From assembly GCF_009914755.1 (NCBI RefSeq), contig NC_060929.1: DNA of 64,000 nt; one strand, given 5' to 3'. This DNA is from the human T2T-CHM13v2.0 reference genome, Homo sapiens. Positions 29,287 through 42,042 of the stretch are shown piece after piece. How positions within the stretch are numbered: the first letter of the stretch is position 1; each line of letters opens with the position of its first letter. The notes under the pieces are model-generated. The model ran no database searches, was not told the origin of the DNA, and saw only the letters and a program-made list of their open reading frames with translations. Position numbers and translations under genes: made by a program.

Positions 29287-31200
29287 CCCAGGAATCGAGA
29301 CTGGGTAATTTCTAAAGAAAAGAGGTTGAATTGGCTCACTGCTCAGCAGGCCACAGAGAAAACATGACTGGGGAGGCCTCAGGAAACTTTCAATCATGGT
29401 GGAAGGGAAAGCAGTCACATCTTACATGGCTGGAGCAGGAGGAAGAGCAAGGGGGGAGGTGCTCCACACTTTTAAATAGCCAGATCTCATGAGAACTCTG
29501 TATCAGAAGAACAGCAAGGGGGAAATCCACCTCCACAATCCAATCCCCTCCCACCAGACCCCTCTCCAACATTGGGGATTACAATTCAACATGAGATTTG
29601 GGCAGGCACACAAAACCAAACAATATCCATGCTCTTATTAAATTCCCTTTTCACTTGTTTCTGTAGCACTACTCTTCCATGGTACTTCTTCAAGTTTGTC
29701 CTTGGCTCCATCTTAATTTCTGGAATGGGCTCCTATACTTTGGCCTGCTCCTTAAACATTGGTGTTCCCTAGAGTTCTGTGGTTAATCTTTGTCTTTTTC
29801 TCATTCTATATCCCCCTATCCTATCCTCACATATCATTCTAAACCTTGGTTTCAACTACCACCTTAATCACAAAAAATTTTTTATAAAGAGGATCATTTC
29901 ATAATAATAAAGAGGTAAATTCATCAAGCGAATGTAAAAAATCTTAAATATTTATGCACCTTAAAACATAACACAAACATTTATAGAACTGCAAGAAGAA
30001 ACAGACAAATGTACAATTTCAGTTGCTGATTGAACACTTCTTTCTCAGTGATTTATTGACAGAATATTAGTATATAGAAGACATCAACCAACTGGACTTT
30101 GACATTGACATTTATAAATCTGTATCTATCTAAAATTGAATTCATAATTCAAAAGTTTTCAACACACACACATACACAAGCTCAAGGGCAGATGGCTTCG
30201 CTATCCAATTCTATTATATATTTAGGAAGACATTGTATCGATCCTATATACACTGTTTTGGGAAATAGATGTGTCAGGAATACCTCCCAGATCATTTTAT
30301 GAGTTCAGCGTTACTCTGTGTCCAAAACCAAACACTAAAAGAACAGAAAACTTTGGACAATATTCCTTCTGAACTTAGATGTAAATATTATTAATGAAAG
30401 CAAATTGTACCTAGTAACATAAAAGGAGGATAATACATCATGATTGTGTGGCATTTATTCTAAGAATCTAAGGATCGTTTTGCCTTTGAAAATCAATCAA
30501 ATATAATTCACTACATTAAGAGCATTAAGGAGAAACTCATGTCATCATATTAGTAAATACTACTCCAAAACATATTTGACAGATTTCAACTCTCATTTGT
30601 GTTAAAAGTTCTCAGCAAACTATGAATAGAAAGGAGATTTCTCAGCCTGAAAAAAGGTGTCTATCAAAAATGTAAAGCTAACATCGTACTTATTAGTAAA
30701 AGGTTGAATATTTTCCCCTGAGATCAGAAATAGCAAGTAGGTTTGCTATGAAGCCTCTATTAAACAATGTACCATGGCCTGATATAAACCAGGCCAAAGA
30801 AGTGAAAGACATACAGGTTAGAAAGGATGATTACATAGCTAACCCAAAGGAATCTACAAAACAGCTACTAAAATTATTAAGTGAATTAAGCAGAATGAAA
30901 GGTCAAAATCCTCCAAATCAAAATGGTATATTTTTATATAACAGCAATGAACAACTGAAAGATGAAGTTTCTTAATTACCATGTTAAAAGTGTCTGAAAA
31001 TACAACATACTTAGGGATAAATATAACAGCATATGTGTAAGACCTGTACATTGGAAAATATATGCAAAAATCCCTAGGGAAATACTTAAATATATGTAGC
31101 AACACACTGTGTTCATGAATTGGAAATCTCAATATTGTTAAAATGTCAGTTATCTTCAAATTGATCAATAGATTTTATCCAAATCTGATCAAAATCCCAG

Positions 31201-31328
31201 TAGAATTTTTAAAAAATAGAAATTGACAATATGATTCTAAAATTTATATGTAAATATAACTAGAATAGAATTAAAAAATAGAAATTGACAATATGAGTCT
31301 AAACTTTATATATAAACATAACTGGAAT
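31201..31328. repeat. About 63-bp tandem duplication inside the L1M
   Basis: aaaaaatagaaattgacaatatga(t/g)tctaaa(a/c)tttatat...ataact(a/g)gaa occurs twice. Confidence 0.9.
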
Positions 31329-31668
31329 AGCCAAAACAATTTTGAAAATAAGGACAGAGTTGGAGGACTTACACTACATGATTTCAAGACTTATTATAAA
31401 ACTGTAGTTATCAAAAAAAATAGTATTGGTGTTAGGATAGTCATATAAATCAATAGAATGAAAGAATAATGTCAAAAAGAGACCCACCCATATGTGGTTA
31501 TTTAATTTTTGTAGAACAAGATTCTAATGTAATTCAAAGAGGAAAACAGTATTTATTTCAACTAATGGTGCTGAAATGGAATATTCCTTTTGGAAAAATA
31601 ATTACTTGTAATTCTTACCTAACACCATACTAAAAAATTACTCAAAATGGATCATATATTTAAAAGTA

Positions 31669-32201
31669 TGTAGTGGTTTTAAACACATCTGCTCAGATTT
31701 AACCACATTTCAAAATGCAGAGCCTTTTTGAATATGGGCCAGTCTTGAATATGACCAGCCTTAGCAACTCACTCCAAGAGACTATAGGTGATACCATGAC
31801 ATTTGAGGCTAGGTCATATGATGTATGACATTTTGTTTCTGGCTCTTTCCCTCAAGAAGTTTGAACTCAGCCATGGTATCGTATTATAAAAAAGACCAGG
31901 CCACATGGTGAGGCCACAGGTAAGTGTTCTGCCTGACAACACCAGCTATGATCCCACCTGATAGACAATATCAACCATCAGACATGTGAGTGAATGAGAC
32001 TTCAGGTGATTTCAGCTCCCAGCCTTCCAGTTGCCCTAACTGCCATTCCAGGTGCCCTAACTGCCATTGAGTAGAACAAAGACAAGCAGTGCTTACCAAA
32101 CTCAGCTTAAATGCAGATTTATGAGCCAAATAAACATGGTTGTTGTTTTAAGCTTCTAAATTGTGGTACATTTTGTTATGCAGCAATAGATAATTAGAGC
32201 A
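31669..32201 (+). mobile_element. MLT1G/H-like solo LTR
   Basis: tgtagtgg...gaggctaggtcat...cagacatgtgagtga...ttgttatgcagcaatagataa; contains a 21-bp duplication at 32025-32066. Confidence 0.8.
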
Positions 32202-32260
32202 ATATAAAAGCTAAACTGCCAAACTTTTAAGAGAAGTATAAAAAAAATTCATAGTTAAGA

Positions 32261-34761
32261 TGATATGGTTAGGGTGTGTTTCCCCACCCAAATCTCATCC
32301 TGAATTGTAATGCCCATAATCTCCATAATCCCCACATGTCAAGGGGAACACCAAGTGGGGGTATTGGAATAGTAGGGTTGGTTTCCCCTATGCTGTTATC
32401 ATGACAATGAGTGAGTTCTCACGAGATCTGATGGTTTTATAAGGGGCTCTTCCTCCTTTGTTCAGCACTTCTCCTTCCTGCTGCCTTACGAAGAAGGTGC
32501 CTTGCTTCCTGTTCACCTTCCACTATGGCTGTACATTTCCTGAGTCTTCCCCAGCCATGCTAAACTGTGAATCAGTTAAACCTCTTTCTTTTATAAGTTA
32601 CCCAGTCTCAGGCAGTTCTTTATAGCAGTATGAAAATGGACTAATACAGTAAATTGGTACCTCAGAGAGAGGGGTGCTGCTATAAAGATACCTGAAAATG
32701 TGGAAGCAACTTTGGAACTGGGTAACAGGAAGAGGTTGGAATAGTTTCCAGGGCTCAGAAGAACATAGAAAGATGTGGGAAAATTTGGATCTTCCTACAG
32801 ACTTGTTGACTGGCTTTGACCAAAATGCTGATAGTGAAACGGACAATGAAGTCCAGGATGAGGTGGTCTCAGATGGAGATGAGGAACTTTTTGGGAACTG
32901 GAATAAAGTTGACTCTTGCTATACTTTAGCAAATAGACTGGCAGCATTTTGCCCTTGCCCTAGAGATCTGTGGAACTTTGAACTAAAGAAAGATAATTTA
33001 GGGTATCTGGCAGAAGAAATTTCTAAGCCCCAAAGCATGCAAGATGTGACTTGGGTGCTATTTAAAGCATTCAGTTTTATGCATTCACGAAGAGGTGGTT
33101 TGGAATTGGAACTTATGTTTAGTAGGGAAGCAGAACATAGAAGTTCAGAAAATTTGCAGCCTGATGATGGGATAGAAAAGAAAAACCCATTTTCTGAGAA
33201 GAAACCCAAGCTGGCTGCAGAAATTTGCATGAGTAAAAAGGAACCAAATGTTAGTCACCAAGACAATAGGAAAAATGTCTCCAGGGCCTATCAGAGGTCT
33301 GCATGGCAGCCCATCCCATCATAGGCCCAGAGGGCTAGGAAGAAAAAATGGTTTCCTGGGCTGGGCCCAGGGCCTTGCTGCTTTATGCAATCTTGGGACT
33401 TGGTGCCCTGTATCCCAGCCATGGCTAAAAGGGGCCAACATACAGCTCAGGCCATTGCTTCAAAGGGTGAAAGCCCTAGTCCTTGTTGGTTTCCACGTGG
33501 TGTTGGGCCTGTGGGTGCACAGAAGTCAAGAACTGAGGTTTGGGAACCTCTACCTAGATTTCAGAGGATGTATGGAAATGCCTGGATGTCCAGGCAGGAG
33601 TTTGCTGCAGGGGTGAGGTCCTCATGGAGAACCTCTGCTAGGGCAGTAAGGAAGTGAAATGTGGGGTCGAAGCCCCCACACAGAGTCCCCACTGGGGCAC
33701 TGCCTAGAGGAGCTTTGAGAAGAGGGATACCATCCTCCAGACCCCAGAATTGTAGATCCACCAACAGCTTGCACCATGTGCCTGGAAAAGCTGCCGACAC
33801 TCAACACCAATATGCGAAAGCAGCCGGGAGGGAGGCTATACCCTGCAAAGCCACAGGACAGAGCTGCCCAAGACCATGGGAACCCAGCTCTTGAATCAGT
33901 GTGACCTGGATGTGAGACATAGAATTAAAGGAGATCATTTCCGAGCTTTAAGATTTGACTGCCCCTCTGGATTTCAGAGTTGCATGGGGCCTTTAGCCCC
34001 TTCATTTTGGCCAATTTATCCCATTTGGAATGGTGTATTTGCCCAATACCTGTACGCCCATTGTATCTAGAAAGTAATTAACTCGCTTTTGATTTTACAG
34101 GCTCCCAGGCAGAAGGGACCTGCCTTGTCTCAGATTAGACTTTGGACTTGGACTTTTGGGTTAAAGCTGGAATAAATTAAGACTTTGGGGGACTATTGGG
34201 AAGGCATGACTTGCTTCGAAGAGTGAAAGCAACATGAGATTTTGTAGGGACCAAGAACAGAATGATATGGTTTGGCTGTGTCCCCAACAAAATCACATCT
34301 TGAATTGTAATCCTTATAATCCCCATAATCCCCATGTGTCAAGGGAGAGATGAGGTGAAGGTAAGTGAATCATAGTGAAGGTGATATGGTTAGGGTTTGT
34401 TTCCCCACCCAAATCTCATCTTGAATTGTAATGCCCATAATCTCCATAATCCCCATGTGTCAAGGGGAACACCAAATAAAGGTAATTGAATAATAGGGCT
34501 GGTTTCCCCATGCTGTTATCATGATAGTGAGTGAGTTCTCAGGAGATCTGATGGTTTTATAAGGGGCTCTTCCACCTTTGCTCAGTACTTCTCCTTCCTG
34601 CCACCTTGTGAAGAAGGTGTTTGCTTCCCCTTCTGCCATGACTGTAAATTTCCTGAGGCTTCCACAGACATGCAGAACTGTGAGTCAATTAAACCTCTTT
34701 CTTTTATAAATTACCCAGTCTTGGGCAGTTCTTTACAGCATTATGAAAGGGGATCAATACA
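32261..34761 (+). mobile_element. THE1D-like MaLR element: 5' LTR 32261-32648, internal 32649-34262, compound 3' LTR 34263-34761
   Basis: TG...CA LTRs, gtaaattggtacc after the 5' LTR, 1.6-kb THE1 internal region; TSD TAAGA/TAGGA. Confidence 0.95.
32698..33324 (+). pseudogene. MaLR internal ORF remnant (208 codons open)
   Basis: MWKQLWNWVTGRGWNS...CPCPRDLWNFEL...LGYLAEEISK is the typical THE1/MST internal peptide; the downstream part is broken. Confidence 0.8.
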
Positions 34762-35539
34762 TAGGATTAGACAAAGATTTCTTTAAGGGATATTAAAAGC
34801 ACAAACCACAAAAGAAAAATATTGGTAAATTAGTTATCAACACAATTAATAATAGTTCTGTCATTCTAAAGACAGTATAAAGAATGAAAAGGCAAACTTT
34901 ACCATACATATATTTGACTCAAGTATTAGTATGCAGAACATGTAATGAATTCCCCTCTCTCAATAATATGAAGACAAATACCATATTTAAATCTTGGCAA
35001 AAGATTTGTATAGGTATTTTTAAAAGAAGATATATAAAGCCCAATAAGCATATGAAAAGATACCCAATGTCATTAATTGGTCATTAGAAAAATGCATATT
35101 TAAACCTTAGTGAGATGACACTATACATCCACTAGAATGGTTAAAATTATATAAACTGACAACACAAAAATTTTGCTAGTACATGGAGTGCCTGGAACTC
35201 GTATATTTTTAGTGGGAGTGCAAAACTGTGCAACACCTTTGGAAAACAGTTTGGTAGTTTTTGTAATCTAGTTTTTATATAGTTAAACACTTACCAAAGG
35301 ACTCAGCAATTCCATTCTTAGGTATTTCACCAAAGGAAATGAAATCACATGACCATACAAATATTTGTACAACTTGGTCCTTAGATATATAGGATGATGC
35401 ATTCTAAATTCTGTTCTTAATACCCTTTGTTGGTCAAGAATTTTAATTAGATTTACTATTCTTTTCCTTTCTTAAAGGACACACCCAGAGGATCCCATAG
35501 TCATGGGCTTACTTTGGTACCTCCCTTACTGTGCAGTGG

Positions 35540-35700
35540 ACAGATGCTCTCCTGGTCTGATCCTATGCTGTGTGGTATTTCATGATGGTGGGTCCAGCAT
35601 TCCATAAGCCATCGGATAGTGGTAGTGGTACAGGCAGAGTAGAGAAAGCAAAGGTATAATAACGATACATGCTGTATCCAGGGATTATCATTGTCAAGAT
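35540..35700 (-). mobile_element. Highly diverged ERVL-class integrase fragment
   Basis: atgctgtgtggtatttcatgatggtgggtccagcattccataagccatcggatagt resembles the integrase segment at 40370-40440. Confidence 0.5.
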
Positions 35701-37199
35701 TGTGAAACTTCCCTTTGGCTTACTATGCATAGTTTATTTATTTTGCATGGTTTATTTGCTTTGCATACTTATTTTCCCCAAACTTCTCTGGGTGTCAGGG
35801 AGTTTAGGCTGCTCTCAGAGGCACATCTTCAAACACTTCTATCTAGAAACTTAAAATTATATAAAATTATCACCCTTTCATCTTCCCTCACACTTCCTTC
35901 CTTAGTGGTCTGATCTCAGCAAGATGTTAAGGAGGGAGGTGATACGATATATTTTTGAATAAATGTAAATGATAACAAAATTTAAAATGTGTTACCTTTC
36001 TTGGAGTACCTTCCTTTTAATCAACAAAGATAGTCACAATTTCTTTTTTAATGTCACTGACTCAGCATAATTTTAACATATTTTCTAGGTATTAAACTTA
36101 ATAAATTTTTATGTAGAGAGACTTCAATGAAATTTTAATTTACATCATATGTACAATTTCACATATTTATAAGGATATTCCTGGATATATGTAAATAAAA
36201 TTTTTGCCAGAAGATATTACTAAAAAATGTAGAAGTCGAATCAACTCTTTTAAATTCAGCTTTCTAAAATGTAGATAAAGGCAGTCTCTTTATCATCTAT
36301 AGGGAATCAGCAAGGATGAATGAGAGAAGTATTTTATTTTTTCCAGAGAACATCTACATATTAATACAATTTGTATACGCTTTTACAATAAATGGTCTGG
36401 ATTAAGGTTTCTCTCCCTTATGACAACCCAATCTCTTGAGTATATCTTTCTACTGTAAATGTCATGTAAAGGAGCAATTTACATAGTTCATGGATCAGAA
36501 TTTCTTCAGAGAATTGTGAGAACCTCTTAAAAAAGCTGGGTAAAAAAAGTCAAATTAATTCCAAACGTTTTATGCTTCACTTAGTGTTTACCTTGCATTT
36601 TTATTCGTTACTGAGAAGAAATGGCTGTGTGTACATAAAGAGTTTTTCTTATGTCTAAATTCTACAATATCATATGTGCATTTTGACTGCTGACAGGCTA
36701 GCCTAATGGCATTTTGAATTATGTTTTTATTATATACTATTAGTAAGGACTGCTTAAGTTTACTTTTCATTAATATGCAGTTAGGCATTTTGTGCTGTTC
36801 ATTGTTATTATATGTAACAATATTTACCTTTCTAGGCATAGAAATGAATCTCTTCTATCAAGATGAAAACTACAAACGACTGTTTCCATGAAAGTGAGAA
36901 TAAAGGTAAAGTTGAAAATTTTACCTGGTTCTAGAAATTTTGGAGAAAAGCAGCAGCTATGCTGGGTTAAGAGGTCTTTTAAGAGGAATAATTTGTGGAA
37001 CAAATCTTTACAAAACCAGAACCTTCAAAGAGAGAATGTCAGATTTTAAAAATGATATATAATGTTTCTAGGTTGATTCCACACATGAACCCCACATTCC
37101 ATGGATATGAAATATCTTTTTCAAAATCCATTCTTGTTTTGGTATTCTAGACTCACAACATACACTGATATATAATTCCATAAATCTAAAATTTATATT

Positions 37200-37990
37200 A
37201 ACTCTTCCCTTTCACTCACCTGCCAAATTTAATTGGTCACCATCTTATTAATTTCACCTCTGAAATTAGTCTTGAACTCATTCATCTCTTTATCAAGTTC
37301 CCCTGTTTTCTTCTGAATTATAATAATTTCCTGAATAAATTCCCAATCTATGATTCTCTCAATTTCTGGCTGATATTTTACTGCATCTAGAATGATCTTT
37401 CTTAAAGGCAACTCTGCTAAGGCACCCACCATATTACATATCATGCAGTAGACCTTGAAAACCTACATCTAGGATCCCTAAACTTGGATAGCCATCAGAA
37501 TCACAGGAGGAATTAATAAAAAGTATAGATTTATGAAGTCTGGATTGGAGTCTAGAAATTTTGCATTTTCACAGCTTCTTAGGTGACAATAATTGATAGT
37601 TTCCTATGTGGTTTGAGGATCACCCTCTTTCCTAGAAGTGGGAAACAGTGATCTACAGAATGAAGAGTAAATTCCTTGGCATCATGCTGTCAGCCTTTCA
37701 TTATGTGGCCCCTGGCTGCCTTTCCTTTCTCATCTCTACCAATAACCCCAACAACCTGGTGCTGCAACCATGTTTAAATACCTTTTAGTTTCTTCAACTG
37801 TATGTTAAAGCAATTTTAAGTCTTCATTAATATTGTTTCCATTGCCTGGCGTGCCTTCCCCATAATATCCACCTTGTGAAATCTATATTTTAAGACTCAG
37901 TTCAAACATCAAGCCTTCTAGAAATCCTTTCTCTATTTCCCCAAGCAGGAATAAGCAATTTATCTTGTGCATACCTTCATTATAATATTT
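37200..37990 (+). mobile_element. L2 remnant with a MER5-like insert (about 37470-37640)
   Basis: tagaatgatctttcttaaa, tttaagactcagttcaaacatc; insert with catcagaatcac...ttttgcattttcacag. Confidence 0.5.
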
Positions 37991-38580
37991 ACAACAACTT
38001 GGAAGTTTACAACTCATAGACACAAAAGTCTACAAGGCCAGGCTGCTAACATAAATAACATAAATAACCAACAAAGTGAAGACTGTGGCAAACAGGAGAG
38101 TTTAAGCCTTATCTAAAGGGCAAAATTGTGCCCACAGTCCTTCATGGTAATGACCAATGAAGTTGATCAGCAACTGCTGTGTTTATTATTTTTCCAAGAA
38201 AATTCCCTCCCCTCCACACATGTGCATTCATACATATTATGAGAAAGTTCATGAGTTCTGAATTGGCATCTCTTCCTCCAAAGGCACTGTTCATCCTTCT
38301 GTATCATGTCCTCGGCCTCAAAATGTTGACCTTTGGGTACTCTATCTATGAGATCCCTACAGTTTGGCCAATGGGAGGCACAAACAGGAAATTAGACTGA
38401 GGACAAGAAAATGAGGTCAAGGCTTTTATTCCCCTTCTCACCCCTCTACCCTCATATATTGGCTGTATTCCTCTACTGAAGCCCAAAGCTCCTGCAAGGC
38501 ATCTCTCTTCACACATTTCTCTGGGCTCCAGTAACAACTTCCACTGTCTATTTCGAAAGCCTTCTCCAGGCTTGTAACAA

Positions 38581-39148
38581 TGTTAGTCAGGGTTCTCTAG
38601 AGAGACAGAATCAATAGCATAGATAGATAATAGATAGATAGATATGAGGGGATTTATTAGCAAATTTGACTCAGAGATTATGGAGGCTGAGATGTCCCAT
38701 AGACTATCTCGAAGCTAGAGACCCAGAAAGGCCAGTAGCACAGCTCGGTCCAAGTCTGAAGGCCTCACAACCAGGGAAAGAGATGGCATAACACTCAGTC
38801 TGAGGCCAAAGGCCTCAAAGTCCAAGAGACCACTGGTACAAGTCCCAAAGTTCAAAGGCCACAGAATCTGGAGTTCTGATGTCCATGGGCAGGAGAAGAA
38901 GGGCATCCCAGCCCCAGAAAAGAAAGACAAAGAATTCATCTTTCCTCTGCCTTTTTGTTCTATCCTGGTCCCAGCTGACTGGTTGGTGCCCGCCCACATT
39001 GGGGCAGATCTTTTCACTCATCCCAGTGATTCACACACCAATTTCCTGTGGATACACGCTTGCAGATGAGATCTGGTAAAGAAATAATGCTTTACCAGCT
39101 CTCTAGGTATCCCTTAATATAAGTTGACACCTAAAATTAATCGTTATA
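38581..39148 (-). mobile_element. MLT2B3-like 3' LTR of a second ERVL
   Basis: tgttagtcagggttctctagagagacag, (GATA)n,...aagttgacacctaaaattaa, followed by aatccacccc (PPT side). Confidence 0.9.
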
Positions 39149-41679
39149 AATCCACCCCAGGTCAATTTGACACCCATACTCATCTCCTTAAACCATACTA
39201 AACCTTCAAATAAAGACAATAACAAGGTTCCACCTATCAATCTAACATGATGCAGCTATCCTGCATTCAAGCGAAAATCCACTAATGTCTTCCTCAGAAG
39301 AGAAGGTAAAGTCCTTGAGTGATGTTTACAGTTTGCTGATTACTCATAAACTAATGATATAAAATTAACAATATTTAAATGCTAATATAAAGTTGATGAA
39401 TCTTATGTTACATGATAAATGAATGAGAGGAGCAAAAACCAAGATATTTGCTTACTATATGTATATATACACATAAACCTATCTTTAACAAAATAAGGAG
39501 GAAATACGACAATTACAATCCTCGTTTCTGTAACTGGTCACATGATCATAGCTGGTATTTATAAGTACCTTCTTCTAGTACCCATTCTGTATTCCCTTTG
39601 CCTTCAGTAAGCACCTCAGTTGGTTATGGTTCTTTACCTGGAAAGATAACACAAACCTTCATTCTGTAAGGGTCTGGGCCATTTGTAGTCCTGCCTGGTC
39701 TGGGTTGTTATAATTTCCCACTCACCTTTATCACAGGGTATAGTAATTCTAACAGATGCCCTAAGAGATCTTATGTAATCTGACATATTCATCCTTATTG
39801 CCGTTGTTGAGTAATAGTCTAATTTTTTGTTGATAATCTGGATCAATCACCACTGCCAACACAGTAATTCTCTTCTTAGTCTGTTGACTCAGGGGCGTGA
39901 AGAGTCCAGAATGGCTAAGTGGCAGTCTGAACTTCCAGTTCAATGGATGCATTTTTGTGTTTCTTAGTGGAAGCATTCCTCCTTCTGGAACTCTAGGGAG
40001 CAGAACATAAAGTCACCACAGGAACAGAAGCAATAATTTTGCTAGTGGGTCACTAGGAGTAATGGTGAGGTGGTGTCACTTTCATTTCTACTCTTTGATC
40101 TCTGGACCCATGAATCTTGGCCATGGGAGAAACAGAACCATATATTGGATGTTGATTCAGAGCATATGCAACCTTCTGGAGAACCTTGCTCCAGTTCTGC
40201 AAAGTATTGTCAGCTAGATGGCACTGTAACTTAGTCTTCAAAAGGCCATTCACCTTTCTATCAAGCTGGCTGCTTCAGGATGATGAGGAACATGGTAAGA
40301 CTACTGAATTCTGGTGCTTGAGCCCATTGGCACATTTCTTTGGTCTTGGGGTGAGTTTTGTGGTCAGAAGCAATGCTGTGTATAATATCGTGATGGTAGG
40401 TAAGGCATTCTGTAAGTCCGTGGATGGTAGTTTCGGCAGAAGCTTTGTATGCCGGAAATGCAAAGGGAAGGCAGATCTATATCCAGAGTAATGTCTATTC
40501 CAGTAACAACAAAAACGCTGCCCTTTTATGATGGAAGAGGTTGAATATAATCAACCTGTCAGGTAACTGGCTGATTAGCCTGGGGAATTGTGCCATCTTG
40601 GGGGCTCCATGTTGGTCTCTGATGCTGGTAGTTTGGGCAATCATCGATGGCATAACCAGGTTGACATTGCTGAGTGAAAGTTTATGTTGCTCAGCTCATG
40701 CATCCACTCCATTCCTGCTACCATGGCCACATTGTTCATGAGCTTTTTGGGCAATGGCAGGGTTGGCTGGGGAAAGCCACCACCAGTTCTAAATCAACAG
40801 TATGAGTCATCCTATCCACTTGATTAGTAAAGTCCTCCTCTGCTATGATTTGGTGAGCATTCACATGAGACACAAATACCTTTATGTCCTTTGCCAACTC
40901 AGAGAGGTCTGTCTACATATCCCTTTTCCAAATTTTTTTCTTCTTTGTTTCTATGAGACAGAATCTCACTTTGCAGCCCAGGCTGGAGTGCATGCAGTGG
41001 CATGATCATGGCTCGTTGCAGCCTCAACCTGCCAGGCCCAAGTGATCTTCCTACCTCAGCCTCTTGAGCAGCAGGGACTACAAGCACACACCACCATGCT
41101 TGACTAACTTTTTGGTTTTTGCAGAGATCGGGTCTCATCATGTTGCCCATGATGGTTTTGAACTCCTGGGATTAAGCAATTCTCTTGCCTAAGCCTCCCA
41201 AAGTGCTGGGATTATAGGCATGAGCCACTGCACCCAGCCCCAAATTTTCTTTGTCATGTACTTCCCAATTGTCAGTTTGGTTCCTTCTCAGTCCCAAACT
41301 CTATCCAGCCAAACCATTGGCTACAGCTTATAAATTGGTATATAATTGCACATCTGGCCATTTCTCCTTCCAAGGAAAGTGTACTACCAGGTGTACTACC
41401 TGAACTTCCACCCACTGAGAAGATTTTTCTTCACCATTGTCCTTCAGACATGTCTCAGTAAGGAGCTGTAATGCTTCAGTTATCCTCTTTCAGGTGGTGC
41501 CTGCCTATCTTGCAGAACTGTCTGTAAACCAGGTCCTAGTCTTCTCTCCCTCTATCAGCTGATCATAGGATACTCCCTATGAGGCCATAGGTGCAGGTTT
41601 GGAGAGCGAGGGCAGTGTGTCAAGAGTAGGAACCATGGGCTCTTGGGCCACTTCTTCAAGTAACTTACTTATGCCTTCA
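39149..41679 (-). mobile_element. pol: ERVL internal region: dUTPase, integrase and RNase H remnants; no 5' half
   Basis: PLNWKFRLP...VLAVVIDPDYQ, NGLLKTKL...AYALNQHPIYG, VLTGID-type peptides. Confidence 0.9.
40937..41239 (-). mobile_element. AluJ inserted in ERVL pol
   Basis: Full dimer; TSD CCAAATTTT at 40928-40936 and 41240-41248. Confidence 0.93.
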
Positions 41680-42042
41680 CTTGGGCCATATGGTCCAGCA
41701 GACCCAATGATATTTGATGTGTTAGTGGAAGATGCTGTTTGGAGCCTTTGGCAGCCCTCTGTAGGTGAATCACAGCACTGGCCTTTAGGATTTGGAGCAA
41801 GGCCCTGCCATCACCCACAGATAATTATTCTTCTTTCGGGAAACAGCTCTTGGCCTGTTACTGGGCTTTAGTAGAAACTGAACATTTGACCATGGGCCAC
41901 TAAGTTACTACGTGACCTGAGATGACCATGTGGTCATGAACTGGGTGCTACCTGACCAAACACTTCATAAAGCTGGGTGTGCACAAAAGCATTTCATCAT
42001 CAAACGGAAGTGACATATACATGATCAGGCCCAAGCAAGCCC
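41678..42042 (+). mobile_element. pol: Inverted ERVL pol segment (RT-RNase H connection)
   Basis: Plus strand encodes LGPYGPADPM...DAVWSLWQP...PLGF and QLLACYWALVETEHLTMGH. Confidence 0.88.

Larger units (their letters stand above)
22859..29297 (-). mobile_element. Full-length LINE-1, L1PA7-like (L1PA6-8), inactive
   Basis: 5' end GATTCCTGGGCAAGATGGCCGAATAGG, about 1.3-kb 5' UTR, ORF1, ORF2, 3' UTR, A-rich tail; 16-bp TSD AGAC(A/T)GGGTAATTTCT at 22843-22858 and 29298-29313. Confidence 0.96.
22803..29628 (-). mobile_element. MSTA-like solo LTR split by the L1 (22803-22858 and 29298-29628)
   Basis: Consensus continues across the L1; 5-bp TSD ATGCT at 22798-22802 and 29629-29633; sits in L2-like sequence. 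Confidence 0.9.
29875..35375 (+). mobile_element. Old L1M ORF2 remnant with deletions, split by MLT1 and THE1D
   Basis: Degenerate ORF2 landmarks in order: taaatatttatgcacc, aaatcaatcaaatataattcac, gttggaggacttacactac, aataagcatatgaaaagatac, cagcaattccattcttaggtat. Confidence 0.85.

Noticed and set aside
22859-29297. Active L1
   Set aside because: Many frameshifts and stops in both ORFs, and both start codons are lost.
38581-42042. L1-processed ERVL pseudogene
   Set aside because: The LTR U5 end is present, and no poly(A) tail or long TSD is visible.
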